A program made the translations under genes and the position numbers. From Candidatus Poriferihabitaceae bacterium (GTDB taxonomy: Bacteria > Pseudomonadota > Gammaproteobacteria > Arenicellales > Poriferihabitantaceae), in the NCBI GenBank assembly GCA_965261915.1, contig CBDHDW010000013.1, forward strand, positions 320,491-384,490: a DNA stretch of 64,000 bases, read 5' to 3'. This document shows, piece after piece, positions 8,644 through 19,171 of the stretch. The notes beneath the pieces were generated by a model. The model saw nothing but the letters and a program-made list of their open reading frames with translations, was not told the DNA's origin and ran no database searches. How positions within the stretch are numbered: position 1 is the stretch's first letter; every line of letters begins with the position of its first letter.

Positions 8644-9966
8644 ATGAATCACGTATTTCCAAGACACACCAAGTCAGTTAATCCAATTGCGGTATCCGCA
8701 AAGGGATGCTATTTGTATGATCAAAACGGTAAACAGTACCTCGACGGTTCTGGCGGAGCAGCCGTTTCGTGTTTGGGGCATGGTGACGAAGAAGTTACCC
8801 GGAAAGTCAAAAATCAGCTTGATGCTTTGGCTTTCGCGCATACCGGATTTTTTAGCAGCGAACCCGCAGAAGCGTTAGCGGATCTGCTGATTGAACATGC
8901 GCCTGGAAACCTCGATCGGGTTTATTTTCTATGCGGTGGATCAGAGGCCGTAGAGGCGGCAATTAAACTTGCAAGACAGTACTTTCTCGAAAAAAATGAG
9001 CCCTCCCGAAGGCGAATTATTGCGCGCTTGCAGAGCTACCATGGCAATACACTCGGCGCGCTTGCAGCGGGTGGCAACAGGTGGCGAAGGGAGCCGTTTG
9101 CGCCGTTAATGGTTGAAACCAGTCATATTAACCCATGCTATGCGTATCGCGGAATGTATGAGGGCGAATCTGAAGAAGACTACGGGGTTCGATTGGCTAA
9201 TGAGCTTGAGGAAGAAATTCTCAGCGTTGGCGCAGCGGAGGTTATGGCCTTTATGGCAGAACCCGTCGTCGGTGCCACCCTTGGCGCGGTACCCGCTGTT
9301 AAAGGCTATTTCAAACGTATCCGGGAAATTTGTGACCAATACGGTATTTTGTTGATCCTGGATGAAGTCATGTGTGGAATGGGGCGGACGGGGACGTTAT
9401 ACGCCTGTGAACAGGACGGCGTTGTTCCCGATATTATGACCATTGCAAAAGGACTCGGTGCTGGATATCAGCCTGTTGGCGCCATGCTCTGCACCGACAC
9501 CATATACCAGGCAATAGAGCAGGGCAGCGGCTTCTTTCAGCATGGGCATACTTATCTTGGTCATGCCGTAGCCTGTTCTGCTGGATTAGCCGTCGTAACC
9601 GCTTTGCTTGACCGAAACCTGGTTAGCCGCTGCCAGTCCCAGGGCAAGAAGTTGTCCGATAAGCTTGAAGAAATGTTTTCAGAGCATCCGAATATCGGCG
9701 ACATCAGGGGTCGAGGGTTATTTCGAGGGCTGGAAATAGTTCAGGATAAATATAGTAAAGAACCATTTGCCCCTGTCCTGGGAGTCAATAAAAAATTTAA
9801 AAAAGCCGCTTTTGAAGCCGGTCTCATATGTTATCCCATGGGCGGCACAATTGATGGGCATCGAGGGGATCATGTTTTAATTGCCCCGCCATTTATCATA
9901 GAAGATGAGCAATTAGACGAACTGGTGGAAAAGCTTGAAATCGCATTGAAGCAAGCCATAAGCTAA
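8644..9966 (+). CDS. Class III (omega/aspartate-aminotransferase family) PLP aminotransferase
   Basis: GSEAVEAAIKLAR, LILDEVMCGMGRTG, and the length (440 aa) are typical of class III aminotransferases. Confidence 0.85.
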   Translation: MNHVFPRHTKSVNPIAVSAKGCYLYDQNGKQYLDGSGGAAVSCLGHGDEEVTRKVKNQLDALAFAHTGFFSSEPAEALADLLIEHAPGNLDRVYFLCGGSEAVEAAIKLARQYFLEKNEPSRRRIIARLQSYHGNTLGALAAGGNRWRREPFAPLMVETSHINPCYAYRGMYEGESEEDYGVRLANELEEEILSVGAAEVMAFMAEPVVGATLGAVPAVKGYFKRIREICDQYGILLILDEVMCGMGRTGTLYACEQDGVVPDIMTIAKGLGAGYQPVGAMLCTDTIYQAIEQGSGFFQHGHTYLGHAVACSAGLAVVTALLDRNLVSRCQSQGKKLSDKLEEMFSEHPNIGDIRGRGLFRGLEIVQDKYSKEPFAPVLGVNKKFKKAAFEAGLICYPMGGTIDGHRGDHVLIAPPFIIEDEQLDELVEKLEIALKQAIS

Positions 9967-10155
9967 ATTATCCGACGAATTAATTCGCTGATAAGTGAAA
10001 ATATCTCGTTAGTAAGGATGACTCACCTTTTCGTATGCCCATGAGAAATCCGTGCCAACGATGCTTGCGCTGTTGCCACCCGGTCATCTCCCTATTATAT
10101 TGGATTCCCCTTTATCTGAAGAACCGCTGAGCCTGCCGTATTGTAGTTAACCGTA

Positions 10156-11496
10156 TTGTATAAAACGGGTCTAGTTAAGCCAAAGCTCAGGTTATTCGGG
10201 TACAAAAAAATTCTTATCAAACTGCCGTTAAAACCAGATTACAGCACGACAGATACGCGCTATATTCGGGGTAACCCAAACCAAGAGCAAGTTGCTGTGA
10301 CAGTACCCGTTCCGAGTGGATTAATCCCGCTTGATAATATCCTTCCCGACGAACCCTTATTAATGATGGGGGCGGGTCCGGTGCCGATTCCAGCGCGCGT
10401 CGCACAGGCCAATTCAATCGTAATAAATCATCTTGGCGATACCATGGCTCAAATCATTGAGCAGGTAAAGGATATGTCTGGATACGTATTTCAGACCGCA
10501 TCTGCCCGAATTTTAGGCGTGGCAGGTCCTGGGTCAGCGGCAATGGAAATGGCCATCGTAAATATAGTTGAACCAGGTGATTCGGTGCTCAGTATTTGTA
10601 ATGGGTTTTTTAGTAATCGACTGGTGGAAATGGCAGAACGCGTCGACGCAAATGTAGAACGTCTTTTGGTTAAGGAAGGACGTACAGCTGACCCTGAAGA
10701 AGTTAGGGCTCACCTTGAAAAGCTTCGACCCAATGTATTAACCATGGTACAGGGTGAAACTTCCAATACCGTTTTAAACCGCCACCTTGAAACAATTACG
10801 GCGATAGCCAGGGAATACGACTGCAAGGTTATTGTAGACGCGGTTTGTACACTGAGCACGCTGCCGCTAAATATGGATGAATGGGGTATTGATGCAGTGA
10901 TTACCGGCGGACAAAAAGGCCTGGCGTCGATTCCCGGAGTATCTTTGGTGGCATTTTCCAGCGATGCCTGGAATTCAATTAATTCCCGTGCTGACAAAAT
11001 CCGGCATTGGTGTCTGGATGCGGTTTTGGCAAACCAGTTCTGGTACGAAAAGTCCTATCACTATACCGCTCCAGTGTCGGGTATTCTGGCATTACATGAA
11101 GCGCTGCGATTAATTTGTATTGAATCGCTGGATAAACGTTTTGAGCGACATCTGCGTTGCTCTACGGCATTGCAGTCGGGGATTGAAAATATGGGCCTGT
11201 CTTTATTCACGAGTCCGGAAGCCCGTCTCAATTCCGTCGTCGGAATTACCCTGCCTATTGGTGTGGACTCAAAAAAGTTATTGACCCATATGTCGAAAAC
11301 CTACCGAGTTGAAATTTCCGGGTCTTTTGGGTTGAACATCGTCCGAATAGGGCAAATGGGAGAGCAAAGCCGTTCGCATAATATTTTTCGAACCTTGCAC
11401 GCATTAGGCGCAACGATGTACTCCATGGGCGTTAAGGTGGATATTCCTGCCGGTGTACATGCGCTGGAAAGCACCCTGGACGAATTTATTTTTTAA
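10156..11496 (+). CDS. Class V aminotransferase (alanine-glyoxylate / serine-pyruvate type)
   Basis: LLMMGAGPVPIPARV is an N-terminal signature and GGQKGLASIPG carries the PLP-lysine region. The true start is probably downstream (for example in-frame GTG 10297), because ~45 N-terminal residues look non-homologous. Confidence 0.8.
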   Translation: MYKTGLVKPKLRLFGYKKILIKLPLKPDYSTTDTRYIRGNPNQEQVAVTVPVPSGLIPLDNILPDEPLLMMGAGPVPIPARVAQANSIVINHLGDTMAQIIEQVKDMSGYVFQTASARILGVAGPGSAAMEMAIVNIVEPGDSVLSICNGFFSNRLVEMAERVDANVERLLVKEGRTADPEEVRAHLEKLRPNVLTMVQGETSNTVLNRHLETITAIAREYDCKVIVDAVCTLSTLPLNMDEWGIDAVITGGQKGLASIPGVSLVAFSSDAWNSINSRADKIRHWCLDAVLANQFWYEKSYHYTAPVSGILALHEALRLICIESLDKRFERHLRCSTALQSGIENMGLSLFTSPEARLNSVVGITLPIGVDSKKLLTHMSKTYRVEISGSFGLNIVRIGQMGEQSRSHNIFRTLHALGATMYSMGVKVDIPAGVHALESTLDEFIF

Positions 11497-11544
11497 TGCG
11501 GTTTATTCACTCGCAAACAGTTTACATTTAACGAGGATTTTAAA

Positions 11545-12672
11545 ATGAGTGGTTTATTACCTGATGTTGACCCCGATGGATTGCTAGAGTATTCGGTGGT
11601 TTACACTGATCGGGCGCTGAATCATATGTCACAATCGTTTCAACAGGTGATGCGTGATATTAATACAACGTTGACATCGGTTTACAATGCCGATGCTGCT
11701 GTGGTGGTTCCTGGCAGCGGTACATTTGGAATGGAAGCCGTGGCACGGCAATTTGCCACCAATCAGAAAGCACTGGTGATCCGCAACGGTTGGTTTAGTT
11801 TTCGTTGGACGCAGATTTTTGAAATGGGCGATATTGTGGCGCAATCGGCGGTTCTCAAAGCGCGAAAATCAGACGATGGGAAACAGTCACCATTTGCACC
11901 TGCGCCAATCGAAGAAGTAGTGGCCAAAATAAAAGAGATGCAGCCGGATGTGGTTTTTGCGCCACATGTGGAAACTTCGTCAGGCATGATTCTGCCGGAT
12001 AACTATATTCAGGCGATGACGGAAGCAGTACATGAGGTCGGCGGTATATGTGTGCTTGACTGCATCGCATCAGGAACACTTTGGGTTGATATGAAGGCGC
12101 TTGAAGTCGATGTGCTTGTGAGTGCGCCGCAAAAAGGTTGGAGTGGGTCGCCGTGCAGCGGATTGGTCATGATGAACCAAACTGCACTCGACGCAATGGC
12201 GAACACGCAAAGTACCAGCTTTGCCTGCGATCTTTCAAAATGGCATGATATTATGCAAGCCTACGTCAATGGCGGTCATGCGTATCACGCTACAATGCCA
12301 ACAGACGCGCTAACCGGTTTTCGAGATGTCATGAAGGAAACCGAAGAATACGGTTTTGACAAAGTAAAAGAAGAACAGTTGGAACTGGGCAGACGAGTAC
12401 GTGAATTACTGGAAAGTCGTGGTATAAAAAGCGTTGCAGCGGAAGGCTTTAAAGCGCCTGGCGTGGTTGTAAGTTATACAGAAGACGATGGTGTGCAGAA
12501 CGGCTCCAAATTTGCTGCTGAAGGTATGCAAATCGCGGCCGGTGTGCCGTTGCAATGTGATGAGCCGGAAGATTACAAATCATTCCGTCTGGGTTTGTTT
12601 GGCCTCGACAAACTGCATAACATAGACCGAACGGTACAAAGTCTGAGTGACGCGTTAGATAAGGTTCAATAA
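11545..12672 (+). CDS. Class V-fold PLP aminotransferase (second paralogue type)
   Basis: VVPGSGTFGMEA and SAPQKGWSGSP (PLP-lysine context), in a 375-aa protein. Confidence 0.75.
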   Translation: MSGLLPDVDPDGLLEYSVVYTDRALNHMSQSFQQVMRDINTTLTSVYNADAAVVVPGSGTFGMEAVARQFATNQKALVIRNGWFSFRWTQIFEMGDIVAQSAVLKARKSDDGKQSPFAPAPIEEVVAKIKEMQPDVVFAPHVETSSGMILPDNYIQAMTEAVHEVGGICVLDCIASGTLWVDMKALEVDVLVSAPQKGWSGSPCSGLVMMNQTALDAMANTQSTSFACDLSKWHDIMQAYVNGGHAYHATMPTDALTGFRDVMKETEEYGFDKVKEEQLELGRRVRELLESRGIKSVAAEGFKAPGVVVSYTEDDGVQNGSKFAAEGMQIAAGVPLQCDEPEDYKSFRLGLFGLDKLHNIDRTVQSLSDALDKVQ

Positions 12673-12729
12673 TCATTTAATCCTTTCCAAACTGGTAGAA
12701 TCCCGCTATTTCTTGCGGGATCTATCAAA

Positions 12730-13020
12730 ATGAAAAGAATTGTCCAGGTACACTATCCGGATATCAAACAGCAGTTGGTGCGGGATGCTTTACAGGTGTT
12801 TTTCGAGGTACGGGAAATTCCTGGTTTGAAAAAACCACCGTCAACCAGTGAATTGCTGGACTGGCTTAAGCTGTTAATGTCTGATGATATACCCGATGCG
12901 GTATTGCGGGATCGGGATCAATCCAAAGCAATTCCCCCTTTATATGGAGCGCTTCTGAAGAATGAACAGGACGTTCAATTGCTTGAACGATTAGCGTTTA
13001 TGCATCGCCGGCAAAACTAG
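12730..13020 (+). pseudogene. MoxR/CbbQ-type AAA ATPase, C-terminal lid fragment only
   Basis: KRIVQVHYPDIKQQ...PPSTSELLDWLKLL matches the region after sensor 2 of the MoxR-type ATPases that normally precede CoxE-VWA genes. No Walker A/B region exists in the 57 bp upstream. A hairpin at 12698-12722 abuts the fragment. Confidence 0.6.
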
Positions 13021-13054
13021 GCAGTAACCAGCATGAGCAACCTGATGTTTTGTT

Positions 13055-14230
13055 ATGCTGATTAACCTTTTCTGTACACTGAAAACGTTTGGTGTGCCGG
13101 TTTCTATCGGCGAGCATATGGATTTGATTTCTGCGCTGGAGCGAAATCTGGTTTTTGCAGATCAGCAGCAATTTTATTTTCTGGCAAGAACTGCGCTGGT
13201 TAAAGATGAGAAGCATTTCGACAAATTTGACCGCGCAATGACGGCATTTTGGTCTGCTCTCGATTCGCCGGATGGGATGATTGAAGCATTGATTCCAGAT
13301 GACTGGCTGGGTCAGGAATTCACCAAATATTTAACGGACGAAGAAAAAGCACAAATCGAATCTTTAGGCGGCTTGGAAGAGTTGATTGAAAAATTCAAGG
13401 CAAGACTTGAAGAGCAGAAAGGACGGCACGCTGGCGGCAGCAAATGGATTGGAACCGGTGGAACTTCGCCATTTGGTCACGGTGGTTATCATCCGTCGGG
13501 TATTCGCATTGGTGGTGCAGGTCAACATGGTCGCGCCGCAAAAGTCTGGGAAAAACGCAAATTTAGAAATCTTGATGATGCTGTTGAATTAGGTACGAGG
13601 AATATCAAAATCGCACTGCGCTGGCTGCGAAAATTTGCGCGAGAAGGCGCTGCAGATTTACTCGACCTCGATAATACAATTTCTTCGACTGCAAAAAATG
13701 CCGGGATGCTGGATATAAAAATGGTTTCCGAAAAACACAACGCGGTAAAAGTGCTGATCTTTTTTGATATTGGCGGATCAATGAACCGACATGTCAAAAC
13801 CTGCGAAGAATTGTTTTCAGCCGCGAAAGCTGAATTCAAGCACCTGGAATTCTACTACTTTCACAATTTTATCTATGAATCAGTGTGGCAAGATAATCGA
13901 CGACGATTTAGTGAACGGATTCCAACTTATGACCTGACGCATAAATATGCGAGGGATTACAAAGTGATTTTCGTTGGCGATGCGTCGATGGCACCATGGG
14001 AAATAAACGATGCTGGTGGAAGTGTGGAGCACTACAACGAAGAACCGGGACAGCTCTGGATGGAAAGAATTCGTCGAAGTTACGACAAAGTAGCGTGGAT
14101 AAATCCGATGCCAAAGAAAAACTGGAAATTTACCCAGTCAATTGAAATGGTAAATACCCTGATGGATCGCAATATGTATCCACTTAGCGTTAAAGGGCTG
14201 GAACAAACAATGCCGTTTCTCGCAAAATGA
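13055..14230 (+). CDS. VWA domain protein, CoxE-like
   Basis: The N-terminal FCTLKTFGVPVSIGEHMDLISAL and the C-terminal VWA region (VLIFFDIGGSM, a DxSGS-like MIDAS) are typical of partners of MoxR-type ATPases. Confidence 0.8.
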   Translation: MLINLFCTLKTFGVPVSIGEHMDLISALERNLVFADQQQFYFLARTALVKDEKHFDKFDRAMTAFWSALDSPDGMIEALIPDDWLGQEFTKYLTDEEKAQIESLGGLEELIEKFKARLEEQKGRHAGGSKWIGTGGTSPFGHGGYHPSGIRIGGAGQHGRAAKVWEKRKFRNLDDAVELGTRNIKIALRWLRKFAREGAADLLDLDNTISSTAKNAGMLDIKMVSEKHNAVKVLIFFDIGGSMNRHVKTCEELFSAAKAEFKHLEFYYFHNFIYESVWQDNRRRFSERIPTYDLTHKYARDYKVIFVGDASMAPWEINDAGGSVEHYNEEPGQLWMERIRRSYDKVAWINPMPKKNWKFTQSIEMVNTLMDRNMYPLSVKGLEQTMPFLAK

Positions 14231-15168
14231 TCGATTCAATAAACGCATTTTTGCCGGTGTTTTTGGTCATTGCTTTAGGGATGGCGATACGAAAGATTCG
14301 CTATCTTCCTGATTCAATCTGGCCAGTACTGGATCAACTGTGTTGGTATCTGTTATTCCCGCTGTTAATTATTAAAACGCTGGCAAAGGCGAACCTTGAA
14401 GCTGTTCCGATTCAGGGGTTGGCCGGTGCCTTGATTATGGCAGCGTTAGCCATGATTGCGTTGTTGTTTGTGATTAAACCGCTGTTGACAAAGTTCACTG
14501 GTTTGGACGGACCGGGTTACACCAGCTTTTTTCAGGGTGCGAGTCGATGGAACGGTTTCGCAGCACTGGCGATTATCCAGGCGTTGTACGGCGAGTCTGG
14601 TTTGATATTGGGCGCGTTGAGTTTTGCCGTTCTGGTCCCCATTTTACAAACCACGAATGTATTAGTGTTGACATTGTACGGAAATCCAGACGGCGTACCA
14701 AAGACCGTTTTTTCGTTTCGCAAATTACTTGATCAATTGTGCCGTAATCCCATGTTGATCTCCATTGCCATAGGGCTGACGCTAAACCGGGTAGGGTTTC
14801 CAGTTACCGGAGTATTTGAAGTCACCCTGAATCTCGTTGCCGCGAGTGCACTGGGGCTTTCGCTATTGGCGGTCGGTGCCGGATTGAAATTCGACTCTCT
14901 GGGTCAAATGAAAGTTCATGTTCTGTTATCTGCAGCACTAAAATTATTGGCTATGCCGGTATTTATCGTTGCCGCCTGCAACTTTCTAATGGTACAGGGC
15001 TTGTCGAGAGAGGTTGCGGTAATCTGCGCCGCTTCGCCGACCGCAGGAACGGCGTACATTATGGCTCGGCAAATGGGTGGCGACGCCGACATGGCCGCTG
15101 CAATTATTACCGTTCAAACATTGGCAGCGGTGGTGACGCTGCCGGTAATGCTTTACTGGTTGGGGTAA
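14227..15168 (+). CDS. AEC (auxin efflux carrier) family transporter
   Basis: About 10 TM segments and an N-terminus FLPVFLVIALGMAIRK typical of the AEC family. The start overlaps the upstream stop as ATGA. Confidence 0.75.
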   Translation: MIDSINAFLPVFLVIALGMAIRKIRYLPDSIWPVLDQLCWYLLFPLLIIKTLAKANLEAVPIQGLAGALIMAALAMIALLFVIKPLLTKFTGLDGPGYTSFFQGASRWNGFAALAIIQALYGESGLILGALSFAVLVPILQTTNVLVLTLYGNPDGVPKTVFSFRKLLDQLCRNPMLISIAIGLTLNRVGFPVTGVFEVTLNLVAASALGLSLLAVGAGLKFDSLGQMKVHVLLSAALKLLAMPVFIVAACNFLMVQGLSREVAVICAASPTAGTAYIMARQMGGDADMAAAIITVQTLAAVVTLPVMLYWLG

Positions 15169-15320
15169 TCCAGCTAAAGTTTATTTGTGTTGACAATAAA
15201 TTTACCTATTTCAATGGACTGGCTTTGAGCGGAATAAATTCATTTATTGCTTGCAAATGTCTGGTCAGATAGCGGCTGAGACACCCGTTTGCTACGCAAC
15301 CGAAAATCCGAAATCAAATA

Positions 15321-17192
15321 TTATTTTTCAATCTTCGCTTTAGTCGGCTTTTTGTTAGTAGTTTTAGGCTTCCGGCTTTTATTTTTGTTATCCGTCTGTT
15401 TTCTTTTACCGGCCGGTTTTGGATGGTTTTTTGCGTCACTGCGGTCAATTTTGTCAGGCTTCCCGGTCATTTCCCTAATCTGTAATTTTTGTCCGACTAC
15501 CCATACGCCTTTTAATTTCTCGAAAATGGCCTTTGGCATACCTTCGGGTAAGTCAACAATGCTGTGATCATCAAAAATATCGATGCGTCCAATATGTTTT
15601 GATTCAATACCGGCTTCGTTGGCAATGGCGCCAACGATGTTGGTCGGTTTGACTTCATGATTATGCCCGACTTCAATACGAAACCGCTGCATGCCCGGAT
15701 CCTGAGAGTGAGTCGATTTATTTGGCTTTCGAGCACTTCTTCGAGCCGAATTCCTGTCCGAATTTTTGTCGAACTTGCGGGCTGAATTTTTATTTCCGGG
15801 ATCTTTTCGATCGTTCTTTTTACCTTTGGGTTTTTTGTCCCAATCTCGATTTTCCTTTAGCGCTTCCTTTTTGGTCAGTAAAAATGGTGCAGATCCCTGA
15901 AAGAGTTGGGCAAGCGCTGCTGCGATGTTTTGCATGGGAACGCCGGTTTCCTGTTGGTGCTCTTCTACTAACTTTACAAATAGATCGATATCTTCACTTT
16001 CCAGAGTCTCTGCAATGCGTTCTTTAAAGCGTCTGATTCTTCGCGCGTTAATAATATCGTTTGAGGGAAGTTCCATTCGCGCTATACGTTGGCGTGTGGC
16101 TTTCTCAATCGTCCCGAGCATGCGTTTTTCCCTGGGAGCAATAAATAGAATGGCATCACCTTGTCTTCCTGCTCGGCCTGTTCTGCCGATACGGTGAATA
16201 TAGGCTTCTGTATCGTACGGCACGTCGTAGTTAATTACGTGACTAATGCGTTCGACATCTAATCCGCGAGCCGCTACGTCCGTTGCGACCAGGATATCCA
16301 GTTGCGCTGCTTTAAGCTGCTTTATCGTGCGTTCACGCTGGTTTTGAACGATATCACCATTCAGGGCTGCTGCAGCGTATCCGCGGGCTTCCAGTTTTTC
16401 CGCGAGTTCAACGGTTTGCGAGCGGGTTCGAACGAAGACAAGCATTGCATCGAAAGTCTCTGCCTCAAGAATGCGGGTTAATGTGTCGAGTTTGTGTGGG
16501 CCCGAAACTGGCCAGAATCGTTGGCGTATGGTATCAGCGGTGGCGGTTTTAACCTTGATCGTTACTTGTTCCGGGTCCTTTAGATAGGTTGTTGCGATTC
16601 GGCGTATTTGCTGCGGCATGGTTGCCGAAAATAGTGAAGTTTGTCTGGATTCGGGGATTTGTTCCAAAATCCATTCAACATCTTCGATAAATCCCATGCG
16701 CAGCATTTCATCTGCTTCATCCAGAACCAGATGACTTGCGCCATGAAGTTTTAATGTGCCGCGTCTGATGTGATCCATTACGCGGCCGGGCGTGCCAACC
16801 GCAACGTGTACGCCCCGTTCCAAAGCGCGAATTTGACTACGGTAATCCTGGCCGCCATAAACAGGCAGAACCTGAAAATTATTTAACTGGCTAGCGTAAG
16901 TCTTGAATGCCTCCGAAACCTGAATTGCGAGTTCACGGGTCGGTGTTAGCACCAAAACCTGAGGGTCTTTTTTCTTCAGGTCAATGGTTGATAATATGGG
17001 TAATGCAAAAGCTGCAGTTTTTCCAGTTCCCGTTTGCGCCTGTCCAACAATGTCTTTGCCAGACAAAATTATCGGAATTGTGCTGGCCTGAATGGGCGAA
17101 GGTGATTCATATCCAACCTTTTCAAGACCTTTCAGTACGGTTGCAGATAGGCCGAGATCGACAAAGCGCGGTGGCGTTTTAGTGGCTTCCAA
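15321..17192 (-). CDS. deaD: DEAD-box ATP-dependent RNA helicase DeaD/CsdA
   Basis: AQTGTGKT, PTRELA, VLDEADEML, SAT and HRIGRTGRAG motifs. The C-terminal DbpA-like domain is followed by a Lys/Arg-rich tail. Confidence 0.93.
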   Translation of the reverse strand: MEATKTPPRFVDLGLSATVLKGLEKVGYESPSPIQASTIPIILSGKDIVGQAQTGTGKTAAFALPILSTIDLKKKDPQVLVLTPTRELAIQVSEAFKTYASQLNNFQVLPVYGGQDYRSQIRALERGVHVAVGTPGRVMDHIRRGTLKLHGASHLVLDEADEMLRMGFIEDVEWILEQIPESRQTSLFSATMPQQIRRIATTYLKDPEQVTIKVKTATADTIRQRFWPVSGPHKLDTLTRILEAETFDAMLVFVRTRSQTVELAEKLEARGYAAAALNGDIVQNQRERTIKQLKAAQLDILVATDVAARGLDVERISHVINYDVPYDTEAYIHRIGRTGRAGRQGDAILFIAPREKRMLGTIEKATRQRIARMELPSNDIINARRIRRFKERIAETLESEDIDLFVKLVEEHQQETGVPMQNIAAALAQLFQGSAPFLLTKKEALKENRDWDKKPKGKKNDRKDPGNKNSARKFDKNSDRNSARRSARKPNKSTHSQDPGMQRFRIEVGHNHEVKPTNIVGAIANEAGIESKHIGRIDIFDDHSIVDLPEGMPKAIFEKLKGVWVVGQKLQIREMTGKPDKIDRSDAKNHPKPAGKRKQTDNKNKSRKPKTTNKKPTKAKIEK

Positions 17193-17384
17193 TGTAATTT
17201 CCAGTTTGGATTAGGGCTGACAGCGTAAACAATTGATTGTTTTCATTCTGTCCGGAGTTATTCTGGGAGTTTCCCTGTAAAAAATGAGCCCGGGAAAAAG
17301 GGCGCGTAGTTTAACGGTTCAATGCGGGGAATGCTTGTAAAAATTCCCAATTCGGCCGATATTGCGACCCATTATGTCGTTGTT

Positions 17385-18701
17385 TCACGCTATGGAAAGA
17401 ATTGGTGCGATTAGATTGAGCCATATTATCGCAACCAGATACATCACCAGTGCATATGGCCAATTCCACATGGCACCTTTCCAGCTGGGTATTCCGTAGC
17501 GGCCTTGAAATACCAGATTAGTTCCAGAAAGCGGGCTTGAACAAGTCCCTAAATGCCAAGCAAATAAATAGATGACCGCGAGCAGGTTTGGGTCCGGGTT
17601 CAAGGGAAGTATGAGTGGAGTGAAGCTGGTGATCTGAATAACGGGATGTATACACAACATCGATAACAAGATCATGATGGCCAATAAAACGAGCGCTTCG
17701 GCTGTCCCGAATTGATCAAATGGATTTGTGATGTATTCAATCTGTACAAGGCCGCTGATCCCGGCGGCAAGGACCCCTGCTACAAGAAACAATACTAATT
17801 CGTTGACCATGCCGGGCAAACCATCCAGAGTGAATGATTTAAGTGACCCTGCGGCAGAATCATAATCCTGTCTGATTGTAAGAATGCACGCAGTTACCAG
17901 TAATGCGCTCAATGTGATTATGGTGAGTGTGGAAACCTCGCTGAGTAAAACGGTACAGAGCACAACACAACCCACCAGAATAGCTGGAACCTGCAAACTA
18001 TGAAGCTGAATCGGAAAACCGACGAAGTCCCGGATTTCATGTTTGTATCGCAATAACCCTTCCAGGCTCACAAAAAGCAAACTAAAAAGCGCGAATGGTA
18101 ATCCGGCGACGATTATCCGGTTAATTTCGGAGCCGGGTGTATAAGTCAATACCACTGCCATTGCACCATAGAATGGAGACCAGGATGCAGCACTGCAAAA
18201 TATACGCACGATCGATTTGGTGGTAAGTTTGTCCAGTGCCCGATATTTGTTGATCTGGTCGGCGATAATGAGTGGCGCAGAAATATTGATAAAGGAACTA
18301 AATGCACTAACGCCAAAAAGGGTTTTTATGTAAGCGGTTTTACCCCTGGGTATGCTTTCTTTCTGGTCCGTGACAGGCAGTGCAACAAGACGCAAAAACC
18401 CCACGGCCGCGATCATCGATAAAAGCAGTATATTGGCATTCAATATTCGAAAAACGCTAAATTCAGCACCGTTGTGTATTGCAAAAATGATTAGCACGAT
18501 TCCAAGCGTAAGGATAATGCCGACCTGTAGTCTCAAAATTCGTGATGAATACGGCAAAAGCAATAGCGCCGCAGTCCAACCGCTAACGCATCCGGCCCAA
18601 CTCAGTAAGCCGGGCATCGCGGACTGAATTAAACCATTCGCGATACTGGTCAGAATCATTATCAGGATGAATATTCCTGCAATGGAGCGATTGCTGGGCA
18701 C
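17385..18701 (-). CDS. Polytopic membrane protein, putative ion-transporter-superfamily permease (function unknown)
   Basis: 438 aa with roughly 11-12 hydrophobic segments. No diagnostic motif recognised. Confidence 0.5.
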   Translation of the reverse strand: MPSNRSIAGIFILIMILTSIANGLIQSAMPGLLSWAGCVSGWTAALLLLPYSSRILRLQVGIILTLGIVLIIFAIHNGAEFSVFRILNANILLLSMIAAVGFLRLVALPVTDQKESIPRGKTAYIKTLFGVSAFSSFINISAPLIIADQINKYRALDKLTTKSIVRIFCSAASWSPFYGAMAVVLTYTPGSEINRIIVAGLPFALFSLLFVSLEGLLRYKHEIRDFVGFPIQLHSLQVPAILVGCVVLCTVLLSEVSTLTIITLSALLVTACILTIRQDYDSAAGSLKSFTLDGLPGMVNELVLFLVAGVLAAGISGLVQIEYITNPFDQFGTAEALVLLAIMILLSMLCIHPVIQITSFTPLILPLNPDPNLLAVIYLFAWHLGTCSSPLSGTNLVFQGRYGIPSWKGAMWNWPYALVMYLVAIIWLNLIAPILSIA

Positions 18702-18727
18702 GGTGATGCTGTTAGGAGGCTGAGCTG

Positions 18728-19171
18728 CTATTTTTCGACTGGAGTAAAGTCGAATTCGTCAGAATTTACGATGCTGTCTACGCCACCGAGTTTTTTGATC
18801 ATTTCAGATTGATCGGAAAACGCTCGCCTATTCTGTTCCTGTGGGTCAAGAATCGACTGCATTTGCTGTTCGCAATCTTTTAGAGCATCCGCGCAATCAG
18901 GGTTGTTGGCTAAATTTGTTAATGCCCCCGGATCAGATTCCATATCAAATAACTCATAATCGTAGCCGGGATAAACATTATATTTCCAGCGTGCATTTGA
19001 CCAGCATCGAGTGGTGTGAACCGCGCGTGCAGGAACACAAATAGGGGAAGGTGTACAAGTATTCAAGCACATTGTCCTCTGTTTTGCCAGCCGATCCAGG
19101 TTGGGTGTTTTGACAAGCGCATCCTGACGATGCTCGTCACTAAACAGGAATAGTACGTTGTATCCGTTCAT
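18728..19171 (-). pseudogene. Sulfatase remnant with a large in-frame internal deletion
   Basis: N-terminal NVLFLFSDEHRQD and TPNLDRLA...TPSPICVPARA (the CxPxR formylglycine motif) are joined directly to the C-terminal signature YELFDMESDPGALTNLANNP. About 300 aa of the catalytic body are absent. Confidence 0.8.

Noticed and set aside
15289-17182. + strand ORFs (15289-15567, 15722-16027, 15925-16197, 16907-17182) opposite deaD
   Set aside because: They are antisense to a strongly supported DEAD-box helicase gene, have low-complexity translations and show no motifs.
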